Source: Malacoraja senta
Taxonomy: Eukaryota
Assembly (NCBI GenBank): GCA_038087875.1
Contig: CM075993.1
Location: 6,388,001-6,452,000 of the forward strand
Direction: 5' to 3'
Length of the DNA: 64,000 nucleotides
The notes beneath the pieces were generated by a model. That model ran no database searches, was not told where the DNA came from, and saw only the letters and a list, made by a program, of their open reading frames with translations. The position numbers and the translations under genes were made by a program. Positions 23,871 through 37,583 of this stretch are shown here, one piece after another (within the stretch, counting starts at the first letter, position 1; each line of letters begins with the position of its first letter).

Positions 23871-24194
23871 TTAAATCAATCAATAAATAACAACTGGAAG
23901 ATTCGTTTTTACTCTCTGCGAGTGCGTAAGCTATATCTGTTCTACATCTCCGAGTAGTAATAGCAATCGAAAGTTGGACATTGGAAAGTTAAGAAATCGC
24001 CATAACAATAATAATGAAACTTAAGTGACCAGTTATTACACAGCACGTATGTAATATTGCATGAACATTAAATTAAATTATTGAGTCGAAAAGTCCAGGA
24101 TGAGGAATTTGCAAAGATGCGGGGGTTGGGGGGGGGAGTCAGTCTCAGTCGACCCCACGACAGAAGGGGGAGGAGTTGTACAGTTTGTTAGTTA

Positions 24195-26052
24195 CATAGA
24201 AACATAGAAACATAGAAAATAGGTGCAGGAGTAGGCCATTCGGCCCTTCGAGCCTGCACCGCCATTCAATATGATCATGGCTGATCATCCAACTCAGTAT
24301 CCCGTACCTGCCTTCTCTCCATACCCCCTGATCCCTTTAGCCACAAGGGCCACATCTAACTCCCTCTTAAATATAGCCAATGAACTGGCCTCAACTACCC
24401 TCTGTGGCAGAGAGTTCCAGAGATTCACCACTCTCTGTGTGAAAAAGTTTTTCCTCATCTCGGTCTTAGAGGATTTCCTCCTTATCCTTAAGCTGTGACC
24501 CCTTGTCCTGGACTTCCCCAACATCGGGAACAATCTTCCTGCATCTAGCCTGTCCAACCCCATAAGAATTTTGTACGTTTCTATAAGATCCCCTCTCAAT
24601 CTCCTAAATTCTAGCGAGTATAAGCCAAGTCTATCCAGTCTTTCTTCATATGAAAGTTCTGACATCCCAGGAATCAGTCTGGTGAACCTTCTCTGCACTC
24701 CCTCTATGGCTATAATGTCCTTCATCAGATTTGGAGACCAAAAATGTACGCAATACTCCAGGTGTGGTCTCACCAAGACCCTGTACAACTGCAGTAGAAC
24801 CTCCCTGCTCCTATACTCAAATCCTCTTGCTATGAAAGCCAACATACCATTCGCTTTCTTCACTGCCTGCTGCACCTGCATGCCTACTTTCAATGACTGG
24901 TGTACCATGACACCCAGGTCTCGCTGCATCTCCCCATTTCCTAATCGGCCACCATTTAGATAATAGTCTGCCTTCCCGTTTTTGCCACCAAAGTGGATAA
25001 CCTCACATTTATCCACATTATACTGCATCTGCCAAACATTTGCCCACTCACCCAGCCTATCCAAGTCACCTTGCAGTCTCCTAGCATCCTCCTCACAGCT
25101 AACACTGCCCCCCAGCTTAGTGTCATCCGCAAACTTGGAGATGTTGCTTTCAATTCCCTCATCCAGGTCATTAATATAAATTGTAAATAGCTGGGGTCCC
25201 AGCACTGAGCCTTGCGGTACCCCACTAGTCACTGCCTGCCATTGTGAAAAGGACCCGTTTACTCCTACTCTTTGCTTCCTGTTTGCCAGCCAGTTCTCTA
25301 TCCACATCAATACTGAACCCCCAATACCGTGTGATTTAAGTTTGTATCCTAATCTCTAATGTGGTACCTTGTCGAAAGCCTTCTGAAAGTCCAGATACAA
25401 CACATCCACTGGTTCTCCCCTATCCACTCTACTCGTTACATCCTCGAAAAATTCTATAAGATTCGTCAGACATGATTTACCTTTCGTAAATCCATGCTGA
25501 CTTTGTCCAATGATTTCACCACTTTCCAAATGTGCTGCTATCCCATCTTTAATAACTGACTCTAGCAGTTTCCCCACTACCGATGTTAGACTAACTGGTC
25601 TGTAATTCCCCGTTTTCTCTCTCCCTCCCTTCTTAAAAAGTGGGGTTACGTTTGCTACCCTCCAATCCTCAGGAACTACTCCAGAATCTAAAGAGTTTTG
25701 AAAAATTATCACTAATGCATCCACTATTTCTGGAGCTACTTCCTTAAGTACTCTGGGATGCAGCCTATCTGGCCCTGGTGATTTATCGGCCTTTAATCCA
25801 TTCAATTTACCCAACACCACTTCCCGACTAACCTGGATTTCACTCAGTTCCTCCATCTCCTTTGACCCGCGGCCCCCTGCTATTTCCGGCAGATTATTTA
25901 TGTCTTCCTTAGTGAAGACGGAACCAAAGTAGTTATTCAATTGGTCCGCCATATCCTTGTTCCCCATGATCAATTCACCTGTTTCTGACTGCAAGGGACC
26001 TACATTTGTTTTAACTAATCTCTTTCTCTTCACATATCTATAAAAACTTTTT
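24195..26052 (-). mobile_element. CR1 LINE, 5'-truncated, RT domain nearly intact
   Basis: ORFs 25356..26033 and 24294..25310 are in frame and separated by one stop; GVPQGSVLGP, KFADDTK; (TTTCTATG)n tail. Confidence 0.97.
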
Positions 26053-26874
26053 TAGGAGCTACTTCAGAAGGATCTCCTGTGGCGTTCTGTGCTGCATCTT
26101 GGTGGAACCAGTCTGTTGCTGAAGGTGCTCCTCAGGTTGACCAGTGTGTCATGGAGGGGGTGAGCTGTATTGTCCAGGATGCTCCGCACTCCGCATCGTA
26201 ATTATCTCACGGCCGATTATCCTGACATCGCTCGTGGGAAAAGTGCTCAAATGCATTATGAATGAATTAACAAAGGAGCATTTAGAAAACCATAAGACAG
26301 TGCACCTACTGTTGGGCTTCCGGTAAACTGAAATGTCTTCCCATCTTACCCATTTTCTACAGTTGCACCACGGAAAGCACGCTATCTGGATGCGTCACAG
26401 CTTGGTTAGGCATCTGATCTGCCCAAGATCGCAAGACATTACAGAGAGTTGTGGACCCAGCCCACCCCATCCCATCCCAAAAAACCATGTGGTCATAAGT
26501 GATAGGAGCAGAATTAGGCCATTCAGCCCATCAAGTCTACTCCGCCGTTGAATCATGGCTGATCTATCTCTCCCTCCTAACCCCATTCTCCTGCCTTCTC
26601 CCCATAACCCCTGACACCCGTACTAATCAAGAATCTGTCTATCTTTGCCTTAAAATTAATCAGCCTCTGGCCGCAACGACCATCTACACATCACACTGCC
26701 TATGGAAAACAGCCAAGATAACGCAGGACCACGCACACCCTGTCCACTTTCCTCTCTCCCATCGGGCAGAAGATTTAAAAGCACCCGATTCAAGAAACAG
26801 CTTCTGTTATCAGAAGGTTGTAAGGACTGAAGAAGTGTCTCGACACGACACACCACCTATTCCTTTCCTCCAGG

Positions 26875-27322
26875 ATCTAGAGGGTGTGAGCTACAGGGAG
26901 TGGTTGAGTAGGCTGGGTCTCTATCGCATGGAGCGCAGGAGGATGAGGGGAGATCTTATAGAGGTATACAAAATCATGAGAGGAATAGATCGGGTGGATG
27001 CACAGAGCCTTTTGCCCACAGTAGGGGAATCGAGGACCAGAGGACAAAGGTTCAAGGTGAAGGGGAAAAGACTTAATAGGAATCCGAGGGGTAACTTTTT
27101 CACACAAAGGGTGGTGGGTGTATGGAACAAGCTGCCAGAGGAGGTAGTTGACTATCCCAACATTTAAGAAACAGTTAGACAGGTACATGGATAGGTCAGG
27201 TTTGGAGGGATATGGACCAAAGGCAGGCAAGTGGGACTAGTGCAGCTGGGACATTGTTGGCCGGTGTGGACAAGTTGGGCTAAAGGGCCTGTTTCCACAC
27301 TGTATCACTCTATGACTATGAC
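26875..27322 (+). mobile_element. CR1/HER1 LINE 3' fragment
   Basis: ERRRMRGDLIEVYKIMRG...FFTQRVVGVWNKLP and 3' UTR shared with the SINE tail. Confidence 0.9.
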
Positions 27323-28820
27323 TCCAGAGATGTTGCCTGACCCGCTGAGTTACTGCAGCTTTTAGTGTCTGTCTTTGCTTGCAGGGACCTCTTGCGCACC
27401 GGCGATGAATCCCCCATCTTCCGAGACACGCCAGAGACCCAGGTTCGATCCCGACCACGGAGAGGTCCGTGCGGAGTTAGTACATTCTCCCCGTGGCCGC
27501 GTAGATTTTCTCCGAGATCTTTGGTTTAACTCCCACACTCGAAAGTCGTACAAGTTTGTAGGTCAATTGGCTTGGTATAAATTTAAATTGTCCCTAGTGT
27601 GTGTAGGATAGTGTTAAAGTGCGGGGATCGCTGGTCGGTGTGGACTCGGTGGGCCAAAGATCCTAGTTCTGCGCTGCATCTCTAAACTAAACTAAAAAAA
27701 TCTCCACAATGTTTATCCCTCCCTAAACATTATCAGAACTAACCCTCTCCCTTTTCCATTTTGACTCTCATCTAACAGTTAAATAAAGTGTGATATAAAC
27801 CAGATCCCCTTATAACCACATCTTAGTAATCTTAGTTAGACCGTACATTCCTTTCTTGAATGAATCTTTGTCGGGAATATAGACTAATACCATTACCCAT
27901 GCAAAGCCGATCTCATCTGTAAGTGAGTTGTTCAGACGTTCCCCCAAGGCTATATCTTGCGGCTTGCTGTGAAATACATATTTGTATACCGTTTAGTACA
28001 AGTATCACTACACACAAGCACTGAGGTACAGCTTAGATAAGTTTCTCAGATACAGTACAAGTTTAGTTTAGTTTAGTAATCTGAAGAAGGGTCTCGACCT
28101 GAAACGTCACCCGTTCCTTCTCTCCAGAGATGCTGCCTGTCCCGCTGAGTTACTCCAGCATTTTGTGTCTATCTTTGGGTTTAAACCAGCATCTGCAGTT
28201 CCTTCCTACACATTTAATTTAGTTTAGAGATACAGCGTGGAAACAGGCCCTTCGGCCCACTGAGTCCAGGCCGACCAGCGACCCCCCCCCCCCCCGCACA
28301 CTAGCACTATCCGACACACACGAGGGACAATTTACAACCAAAACCAATTAACCTACAAACCTGCATGTCTTTGGAATGTGGGAGGAAACCGGAGCACCCG
28401 GAGGAAACCCATGCGGTGTGTAAAGTGTCAGTGCAAGTGTATAGCAGTAGTGAACGGTCACAGGGAGAACGTGCAAACTCTGCATAGACAGCATCTGTAG
28501 TCAGGATCAAACCGGGGTCTCTGGCGCTGTAAGGTAGCAACTCTACCACTGCTCCCCAAAGGTGTGTTTCACTGTAGTTACCTGTGATAAAATGCACACT
28601 GCTCTGTATATTTCAGTCCATTTGTAATCCACTGTTCTAAGCACCGTAAGTGCAGAAAGTCCCCAGTTAGTAGGAACTGGTGCGGATTATTTTAGTTACA
28701 TCTATGCATCATTTGAAATAGTTTGCTGAAACTACCTGGTTGCGTGGGCTGTTGAAAAAGGAGAACTGCAGATGCTGGTCTACAAAAAAACAACACAAAG
28801 CGCTGGTGTAAGTGGAGTAA

Positions 28821-29218
28821 AGGGCCTGTCCTACTTTCACGAGGTAATTCACGAATTCTCCCGAGCTTTCCCCTTGATTCAAACTCGCAGAATGTCCGTA
28901 ACGAGTCCGTAGGAGTTCGTAGATATATCGTAGCGGCTCGTTATGCCAGCCGTAGGTACTCGGGGCATCAGGTAAGTCGGGACGATAAAAAATGTCCACG
29001 AGTAAAAAAAATGGTCGGGATGAAAGAAATTGCAACTTTTTACTCGTAAGGAGGGCATCGAAATAGTCGTGGGAATTCGTAAACATACTCGTAGGAGTTC
29101 GTGAACATAGTCGTGGAAGATCATAGGAGTTCGTAGATTACCACGATCTTGATTTTTTTTTAGGTCCTTTAAACTCGGTAGAGGTTTTGAATTAAGTCGT
29201 GAAAGTGGGACAGGCCCT
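28821..29218. mobile_element. PIF/Harbinger MITE
   Basis: TIRs AGGGCCTGTCCTACTTTCACGA / TCGTGAAAGTGGGACAGGCCCT; TAA TSD. Confidence 0.88.
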
Positions 29219-32200
29219 TAAGTCTACACCCAGAGCGAGAGTTGTGCATCTGTGAATTCTGCCACAGTAGGCAGTGGAGCCCAATTCCATATAACCATAT
29301 AACCATATAACAATTCACTGGACGTTTTCAAGAGAGAGTTGGATAGAGCTCTTGGGGCTAACGGAATCAAGGGATATGGGGAGAAAGCAGGAACAGGGGT
29401 ACTGATTTTGGACAATCAGCCATGATCATATTGAATGGGGGTGCTGGCTCAAAGGGCCGAATGGCCTCCACCTGCACCTATTTTCTATGTTTCTATGTTC
29501 AAAGAAGGATCCCAATCTGAAACGTCACCTATCCATCCCCATGTTCTCCGGAGATGCTGCCTGACCCGCTGGGTTACTCCAGCACTTTGTGTCTTTTTCC
29601 AGCAGTGTGGGCTGGCAGTTACCTTCTCCCTGATGACTTGTTCTCGTCTCCTCTGTCGCAGGTCTCCAGCTCTCCACTCATCAAGTGGAATAAATGCTGG
29701 CAACACCCAGCAGGTGGCGCAGCAGTAGAGTTGCTGCCTTACAGCGCCAGAGACCTGGGTTCGATCCTGACCTCGGGTGCTGTCTGTGTGGAGTTTGCAC
29801 GTTCTCCCGAATGTTTTCCTTTTTCACTTAAAACAAAATGCCATATGAGGATGGAGTTCAGTTTAGTTTAGTTTAGTTTAGAGATACAGCGCGGAAACAG
29901 GCCCTTCGGCCCACCGGGTCCGCGCCGACCAGCGATCCCCGCACATTAACACTACCCTACACACATTAGGGACAATTTATAATTAGACCAAGCCAACTAA
30001 CCTACAAACCTGTACGTCTTTGGAGTGTGGGAGGAAACTGAAGATCTCTGCGGTCACGGGGAGAACGTACAAACTCAATACAGACAGCACCCGTAGTCGG
30101 GATCGAACCTGTGTCTCTGGTCGCTGTGCGGCAGCAACTCTACCGCTGCACCACCGTTTCATAGAATATAGGACAGTACAGCGCGGGAACGAGCCTTTCG
30201 GCCCACAATGTCCGTGCTGAACGTGATGGTGAGGTGAGGTAATATCATCTGCCTGAACATACGTAGAACAGAATTACGCCCTTCGGCCCATCAAGTCTAG
30301 TCTGCCATTCAATCATTACTATCGCAGCATTTAAGAAACATTTGGCCAGATACATGCATAGGACAGGTTTAGAGGGATATGGGCCAAATGTGGGCAGGTG
30401 GGACTAGTGTAGCTGGGACATATTGGCCGGTGTGGGCAAGTTGGGCTGAAGGGCCTGTTTCCATGCTGTATCACTCTATCACTATGATAAACCTCTCAAC
30501 TCCATTCTCCTGCCTTCGCCCCATAACCCCTGACACCCGCACTTATCAACAATCTGTCAATCTTAGCCTTAGGGCAGCGCGGTGGCGCAGTGGTAGAGTT
30601 GCTTTCTCACAGCACCAGAGGTCCAGGTTCGATCCTGACCACGGGTGCTGTCTGTACCAATTTTGTACGTTCTCCCCGTGACCTGCGTGGGTTTTCTCCG
30701 AGATCTTCAGTTTCCTCCCACACTCCAAACTCGTACAGGTTTGTAGGTTAATTGACTTGGTGTAAATGTAAAAATGTCCCTAGTGTGTGTGTGTGTGTGT
30801 GTGTAGGGTAGTGTTAATGTGCGGGGATTCTCGGTCGGCGCGGACGCGGTGGGCCGAAGAGCCTGTTTCCGCGCCGTATCTCTAAAACTAAAACAAAAGA
30901 ACTAAAACTAAATCCATTGACTTGGCCTCCACAGCCAATTGAGCAAGTTCCCAACATGATCAACAATCCTCCACTTCCTGCCAACTTGTGTGTCTATCTG
31001 AAAGAGAAGATAGACACAAAATGCTGGAGTAACTCAGCGGGACAGGCAGCATCTCTGGAGAGAAGGAACGGGTGACGTTTCGGGTCGAGACCCTTCTTCG
31101 GACTGAATCTATCTGAACGATGAGCCAGAGATTGCAAGGGAAGGGAGATGATCATGGGTTAACAGCAAATATCAGACGGCTGGGAGATCTCAACATTGCT
31201 GACAAGAATGCGTGACAGGTAGTATCAGATGTGATCCTTATCTTACCACACACATCCACCTTGTTGACCCTATTACCTCTATAGGGCATCAACTGAAGTG
31301 TCGAACAAAAGACGCTAAACCAAGGTTCAGTTCAGTTCAGCACATCTTAATCTTTACTAACACTCAAGTAACTTTAAACATGCATGCAGCCAATTGACTT
31401 CTAATAACTTCTCATTTACTTTACTATTTTAGCATCACTTCTTAAACTAAATCACAAAACTCATGAGTTGGAGTCAGATATTACCCCTATGAATGAATTG
31501 GCCAGATTCACTCTGTTGGTAGGGGGCAGTCTTCTCTAAGCTTCGGACTCAGGTCCCTCCTTCTTGCGTTGGTTGTCGCAGCCCATGTCTCGGACCCGCC
31601 CTTCATTTATACTAATTTTCCTTCAATCTCCTAAAGGAAGCCTTTGTTCTAACCCAAGGCTTGTTCATATCTCCTTCTCATTATCGTGTTATTTTGCAAT
31701 ATGTCTGTTCCAGGCACCTTATCTTCTCAAGGCCGTACTGCCTTAACCGTGAAGTTACCTTCCTTATGACCTTATTCAGCACTATCAATTCCTCGTAGCA
31801 TGCAGATGGGTTGTGCAATCTGTTTAAGAAAGAGCTGCAGATGCTGGAAAAATCGAAGGTAGACAAAAATGCTGGAGAAACTCAGCGGGTGAGGCAGCGT
31901 CTATGGAGCGAAGGAATAGGTGACGTTTCAGGTCGAGACCCTTCTTCAGAATGGTGGAATCTGTAGAGAGTGTTTGTGAATGGAGGTAGAATGGGTTACA
32001 TTGATTATTTAATGGTGGATCGGCTAGGTCTGTGAGCCAGCATTGGCTTGATGGGCCGAAGTGACCCCCTTCTGTGTCATAGGGAAAGATAGCAGCACAG
32101 GGGGCAGCACAGTTGCTGCCTTACAGCGCCAGAGACCTGGCTTCCATCCTGACTGTGGGTGCTGTTTGTACGGAGTCTGCATGTTCTCCCTGTGACCGCG

Positions 32201-32474
32201 TGGGTTTTCTCTGGGTTGTCAGGTTTCCTCCCACACTCCAAAGACGTGTGGGTTTGAGAATTGGCCCCTACAAATTGTCCCTCGAGCCTGAAGGATAGTG
32301 GTAGTGTACGGGTTGGTCACTGGGCGATGCGGACTTGGGATGCTGAAGGGCCTGTTTTCATGCTGTATCGCTAAATTAAACTAAACTAAACTAATGGGAT
32401 ATCTTGTTCGGAGTGGGCAAGTTGGGCTGAGAAGGGCTTGTTTCCGTGCTAGACGGTTCTATGTCATCCTTCAA

Positions 32475-33147
32475 TGAGGATCCTACAGTGTTTCTACTCT
32501 GGGGCTGTAGAAAGCATCTTGTCCAGCAACATCACAAACTGGTTTGGGAACTGCTCTGCCCAGGGCAGGAAGGCTCCGCAGAGAGTAGTGCGTTCGGCCG
32601 AATGTACTATGGAAACTACACTCGCCCCCCTGCAGGACCTATACATCAGAAGGTGCAGATCCAGAGCCAACAACATTATGAGGGACCCCTACCACCCCAG
32701 CAACGGACTGTTCCAGCTGCTACGGTCAGGCAAACGCCTCCGCTGTCATGCTGTGAAAACAGAGAGGATGAGACGGAGTTTCTTCCCAACAGGCCATCAG
32801 GACTGTAAACTCTTGTCTCACCAGGGACTAATTTACTATTGTGTTGTATCTTTTGTAAAAAAATATTTTCTAACATGTAAACAGTGGCGGACTGGGTCTA
32901 AAAATATTGGTTGCCAGAAGACAAAGGGGGCCCACTTCATCAGGGGCCCACTTGATATAGGGGGCCCACTTCATCAGGGCCCCACTTGCCATCGGGCAAG
33001 CTGACACCCTGGCCAGTCCACCACTGCATGTAAATACTGATTCTGTTCTGTTCTGTTGTGTAGTTTTTGCACAATCCACAGGCATTGCCACTTTCATTTC
33101 ACTGCACATCTTGTATGTGTATGTGACAAATAAAATTGACTTGACTC
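32475..33147 (+). mobile_element. Rex1/Babar LINE 3' fragment
   Basis: ORF 32474.. FYSGAVESILSSNITNWFGNC...DPYHPSNGLFQLLRSGKR; AATAAA then (TTGAC)n tail. Confidence 0.88.
32882..33026. mobile_element. hAT MITE (145 bp)
   Basis: TIRs CAGTGGCGGACTGG / CCAGTCCACCACTG; perfect 8-bp TSD CATGTAAA (32874-32881, 33027-33034); four internal GG(G/C)CCCACTT repeats. Confidence 0.92.
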
Positions 33148-33502
33148 GACTATGTTTCAACTGATCACCTTGTCTCTGTGCTGGTGTGGGAGAGGGAGCG
33201 GGCAGGGTTAGTCATTATCAGACAATGCAATGCAATGCAAGCGGACCAGAGACTAGCGTTGCAACAACAGCAACGCTGCAGTGATAACACCTTGCACCAG
33301 ATGTAAGTGCACACATGCCTGAAGCAAACATTAGCAACACCTCTTCACAACCTCCCCATCTCACCACCATTCTCCACAAGACACTGGCTCTCACCTCCAG
33401 AGTCAAGAGCATTTTATTGCCACGTATAACCTAAACGGAAACATGAAATTCTTACTTTCTGCAGCACAACAGATTTACGAAATGTGCAGGAAGGAACTGC
33501 AC

Positions 33503-35775
33503 ATTATGGAGAGGGTCAGAACTGGACCTAGGGTTGAGATTTTTGATTGGAGAAAGGCTAACTTTGAGGAGATGCGAAAGGATTTAAAAGGAGTGAATTG
33601 GGACATGTTGTTTTATGGGAAGGATGTAGAAGAGAAATGGAGGACATTTAAAGGTGACATTTTAATACAGAATCTTTATGTCCCTGTTCGGTTGAAAGGA
33701 AATAGTAAAAATTGGAAAGAGCCATGGTTTTCAAGGGAAATTGGACACTTGGTTCGGAAAAAGAGAGAGATCTACAATAATTATAGGCAGCATGGAGTAA
33801 ATGAGGTGCTTGAGGAGTATAAAGATTGTAAAAAGAATATTAAGAAAGAAATTAGAGAAGCTAAAAGAAGATATGAGGTTGCTTTGGCAAGTAAGGTGAA
33901 AGTAAATCCAAAGGGTTTCTACAGCTATATTAATAGCAAAAGGATAACAAGGAATAAAATTGGTCCATTAGAGAGTCAGAGTGGACAGCTATCTGCAGAG
34001 CCAAAAGAGATGGGGGAGATATTGAACAATTTCTTTTCTTCGGTATTCACCAAGGAGAAGGATATGGAATTATGTGAGGTAAGGGAAACAAGCAGAGTAG
34101 CAATGGAAACTATGAAATTCAAAGAAGAGGAGGTGCGGACACTTTTGAAAAATATGAAAACGGATAAGTCTCCAGGTCCTGACAGGATATTCCCTAGGAC
34201 ATTGAGGGAAGTTAGTGTAGAAATAGCAGGAGCTATGACAGAAATATTTCAAATGTCAATAGAAACAAACGGGAATAATGCCGGAGGATTGGCGTACTGC
34301 GCATGTTGTTCCGTTGTTTAAAAAGGGTTCTAAGAGTAAACCTAGCAATTATAGACCTGTTAGATTGACGTCAGTGGTGGGCAAATTAATGGAAAGGATA
34401 CTTAGAGATAATATATATAAGCATCTGGATAAGCAGGGTCTGATTAGGAACAGTCAACATGGATTTGTGCCTGGAAGGTCATGTTTGACTAATCTTCTTG
34501 AATTTTTCGAAGAGGTTACTAGGGAAATTGATGAGGGTAAAGCAGTGGATGTTGTCTATATGGACTTCAGTAAGGCCTTTGACAAGGTTCCTCATGGAAG
34601 GTTGGTTAAGAAGATTCAATTGTTGGGTATTAATGGTGGAGTAGCAAGATGGATTCAACAGTGGCTGAATGGGAGATGCCAGAGAGTAATGGTGGATGGC
34701 TGTTTGTCAGGTTGGAGGCCGGTGACTAGTGGGGTGCCTCAGGGGTCTGTGTTGGGTCCACTGTTGTTTGTCATGTACATCAATGATCTGGATGATGGTG
34801 TGGAAAATTGGATTAGTAAGTATGCAGATGATACTAAGATAGGTGGTGTTGTGGATAATGAAGTAGATTTTCAAAGTCTACAGAGAGATTTAGGCCATTT
34901 GGAAGAGTGGGCTGAAAGATGGCAGATGGAATTTAATGCTGATAAATGTGAGGTGCTACATCTCGGCAGGACAAATCAAAATAGGACGTACATGGTAAAT
35001 GGTAGCGAATTGAGGAATGCAGTTGAACAGAGGGATCTAGGAATAACTGTGCATAGTTCCCTGAAGGTGGAATCTCATGTAGATAGGGTGGTAAAGAAAG
35101 CTTTTGGTGTGCTGGCCTTTATAAATCAGAGCATTGAATATAGAAGTTGGGATGTAATGTTAAAATTGTACAAGGCATTGGTGAGGCCAATTCTGGCGTA
35201 TGGAGTACAATTTTGGTCGCCTAATTATAGGAAGGATGTCAACAAAATAGAGAGAGTACAGAGGAGGTTTACTAGAATGTTGCCTGGGTTTCAGCAACTA
35301 AGTTACAGAGAAAGGTTGAACAAGTTAGGTCTTTATTCTTTGGAGCGCAGAAGGTTAAGGGGGGACTTGATAGAGGTCTTTAAAATGATGAGCGGGTTAG
35401 ACAGAGTTGACGTGGATAAGCTTTTCCAATTGAGAGTAGGGAAGATTCAAACAAGGGGACATGACTTGAGAATTAAGGGACAGAAGTTTAGGGGTAACAT
35501 TAGGGGGAACTTCTTTACTCAGAGAGTGGTAGCTGTGTGGAATGAGCTTCCAGTGGAAGTGGTGGAGGCAGGTTCGATTTTATCCTTTAAAAATAGATTG
35601 GATGGGTATATGGACGGGAAAGGAATGGAGGGTTATGGTCTGAGTGCAGGTGGATGGGACTAGGGGGAAGTAAGAAGAAAGAAGGTAGAAAAAAAAGAAA
35701 AAATAAGTGTTCGGCATGGACTATAAGGGCCGAGATGGCCTGTTTCCATGCTGTAATTGTTATATGGTTATATGG
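33503..35775 (+). mobile_element. CR1 LINE, 5'-truncated, ORF2 with one frameshift near 34270
   Basis: ORFs 33443..34321 and 34278..35663; YMDFSKAFDKVPH, GVPQGSVLGP, KYADDTK; (TTATATGG)n tail. Confidence 0.97.
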
Positions 35776-35849
35776 AACTGCGGATGCTGGTTTACACTGA
35801 AGGTAGTTACATGGATGGATAGATAGATAGATACGAAGATGACAATAAT

Positions 35850-36056
35850 AGACACAAAATGCTGGAGTAACTCAGCGGGACAGGCAGCATCTCTGGGGAG
35901 AAGGAATGGACGACGTTTCGGGTCGAACCCTTCTTCAGACTTCTGACCCAAAACGTCGCCCATTCCTTCTCTCCAGTGATGTTGCCTCACCCGCTGAGTT
36001 ACTCCAGCATTTTGTGTCACCTTCGATTTAAACCAGCATCTACAGTTCTTGCTTAC
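35850..36056. mobile_element. Inverted Penelope pLTR unit
   Basis: Arms GACACAAAATGCTGGAGTAACTCAGCGGG / CCCGCTGAGTTACTCCAGCATTTTGTGTC around the hammerhead motif. Confidence 0.75.
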
Positions 36057-37134
36057 ACATGGATAGATTAGATAGATACGAAGATGAATCCCACAAACCT
36101 AAGATAGACACAAAATGCTGGAGTAACTCAGCGGGACAGGCAGCATCTCCGGAGAGAAGGAATGGGTGACGTTTCGGGTCGGGACACTTCTTCGGACTGA
36201 GAGTCAGGGGAGAGGGAAACTAGAGATATGGAAGGGTGAGGGGTGAAAAGGACAGATGGCAGAGCTGGAGATCAGGAGTGATCACAGAGGGGGAGCAGCA
36301 AGAGGGGATGGTGCAGAACTCTCGTCGGAGAGAGGAAGAGAACTTCAAAGTAGACACACCTTGAAGAGATTTCGCAGTGGAGCAGAGGAAATGTATTGGA
36401 AGGAACTGCAGATGCTGGTTTACACTGAAGATCTCTCCAGAGATGCTGCCTGTCCCACTGAGTTACTCCAGCATTTTGTGTCTAGGTATCTTAGTTTATG
36501 GAATTCATTGCCACTGATGGCTGTGGATGGCTGGATTGTAATCGTGCATAGTTTTTTCTTGGAGTGGATAGCACGCAGCAAAAATCTTTTCATTATACCT
36601 CGCTCCACGTGACAATAATAAACTAAACTTAAAGGACGTACCATCAAGAAGGAGATGAGGAGGAATTTCTTTAGCCAGAGGGTGGTGAATCTGTGGATTC
36701 GTTGCCACAGACGGCTGTGGAGGCCAAGTCAATGGATATATTTAAGGCAGAGATAGATAGATTCTTGATTAGTACGGGTGTTAGTTATGGGGAGAAGGCA
36801 GGAGAATTGGGTTAGGAGGAGAGATAGATCAGCCATGATTGAATGGCAGATCAGACTCGATGGGCTGAATGGCCTAATTCTTCTACTAGAACTTATTATA
36901 GATACAAAAAGCTGGAGTAACTCAGCGGGTCAGGTAGCATCTCTGGAGAAAAGGAGTGGGTGATGATTCGGGTCGAGTCAAACTTATCATAGAGTCATAG
37001 AATGATACAGCGTGGAAACAAGCCCTTCAGCCCAGCTTGACCGCACCGGCCAACATGTCCCAGCTACACTAGTCCCACCTACCTGCTTTAGCCCCATATC
37101 CCTCCAAACTTGTCCTATCCATGAACGAGTGTCA

Positions 37135-37583
37135 CTGTTATGAGGAATATGAGGAAGGAATGGGTCGACTGGGCTTGTATTCACTGGAATTTAGAAAGAT
37201 GAGAGGGGATCTTACAGAAACATATAACATTCTTAAGGGATTTGACAGGCTCGATGCAGGAAAAATGTCCCCCATGTTGGGGGAGTCCTGAACCAGGGGT
37301 CACAGTTTAAGAATAAGGGGTAGGCCGTTTAAGACTGAGATGAGGAAATATTTTTCACCCAGTGAATCTGTGAATCTGTGGAATTCTCTGCCACAGAAGA
37401 CAGTGGAGGCCAATTCACTGGATGCTTTCAAGAGAGAGTTAGGGCTAAAGGAATCAAGGAATATGGGGAGAAAGCAGGAACGGGGTACTGATTTTGGATG
37501 ATCAGCCATGATCATATTGAATGGCGGTGCCGGCTCGAAGGGCCGAATGGCCTACTCCTGCATCTATTTTCTATGGTTCTATG
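37135..37583 (+). mobile_element. CR1 LINE 3' fragment
   Basis: Homologous to the 3' end of the CR1 at 24195-24660. Confidence 0.85.

Noticed and set aside
29620..29700. Exon-like stretch (minus FIPLDEWRAGDLRQRRREQVIREK; plus acceptor followed by AATAAA)
   Set aside because: Conflicting signals on both strands and no recognisable homology
32925..32990. Regularly spaced short repeats resembling a CRISPR array
   Set aside because: Eukaryotic context, 10-bp repeats with short partly identical spacers, inside a hAT MITE
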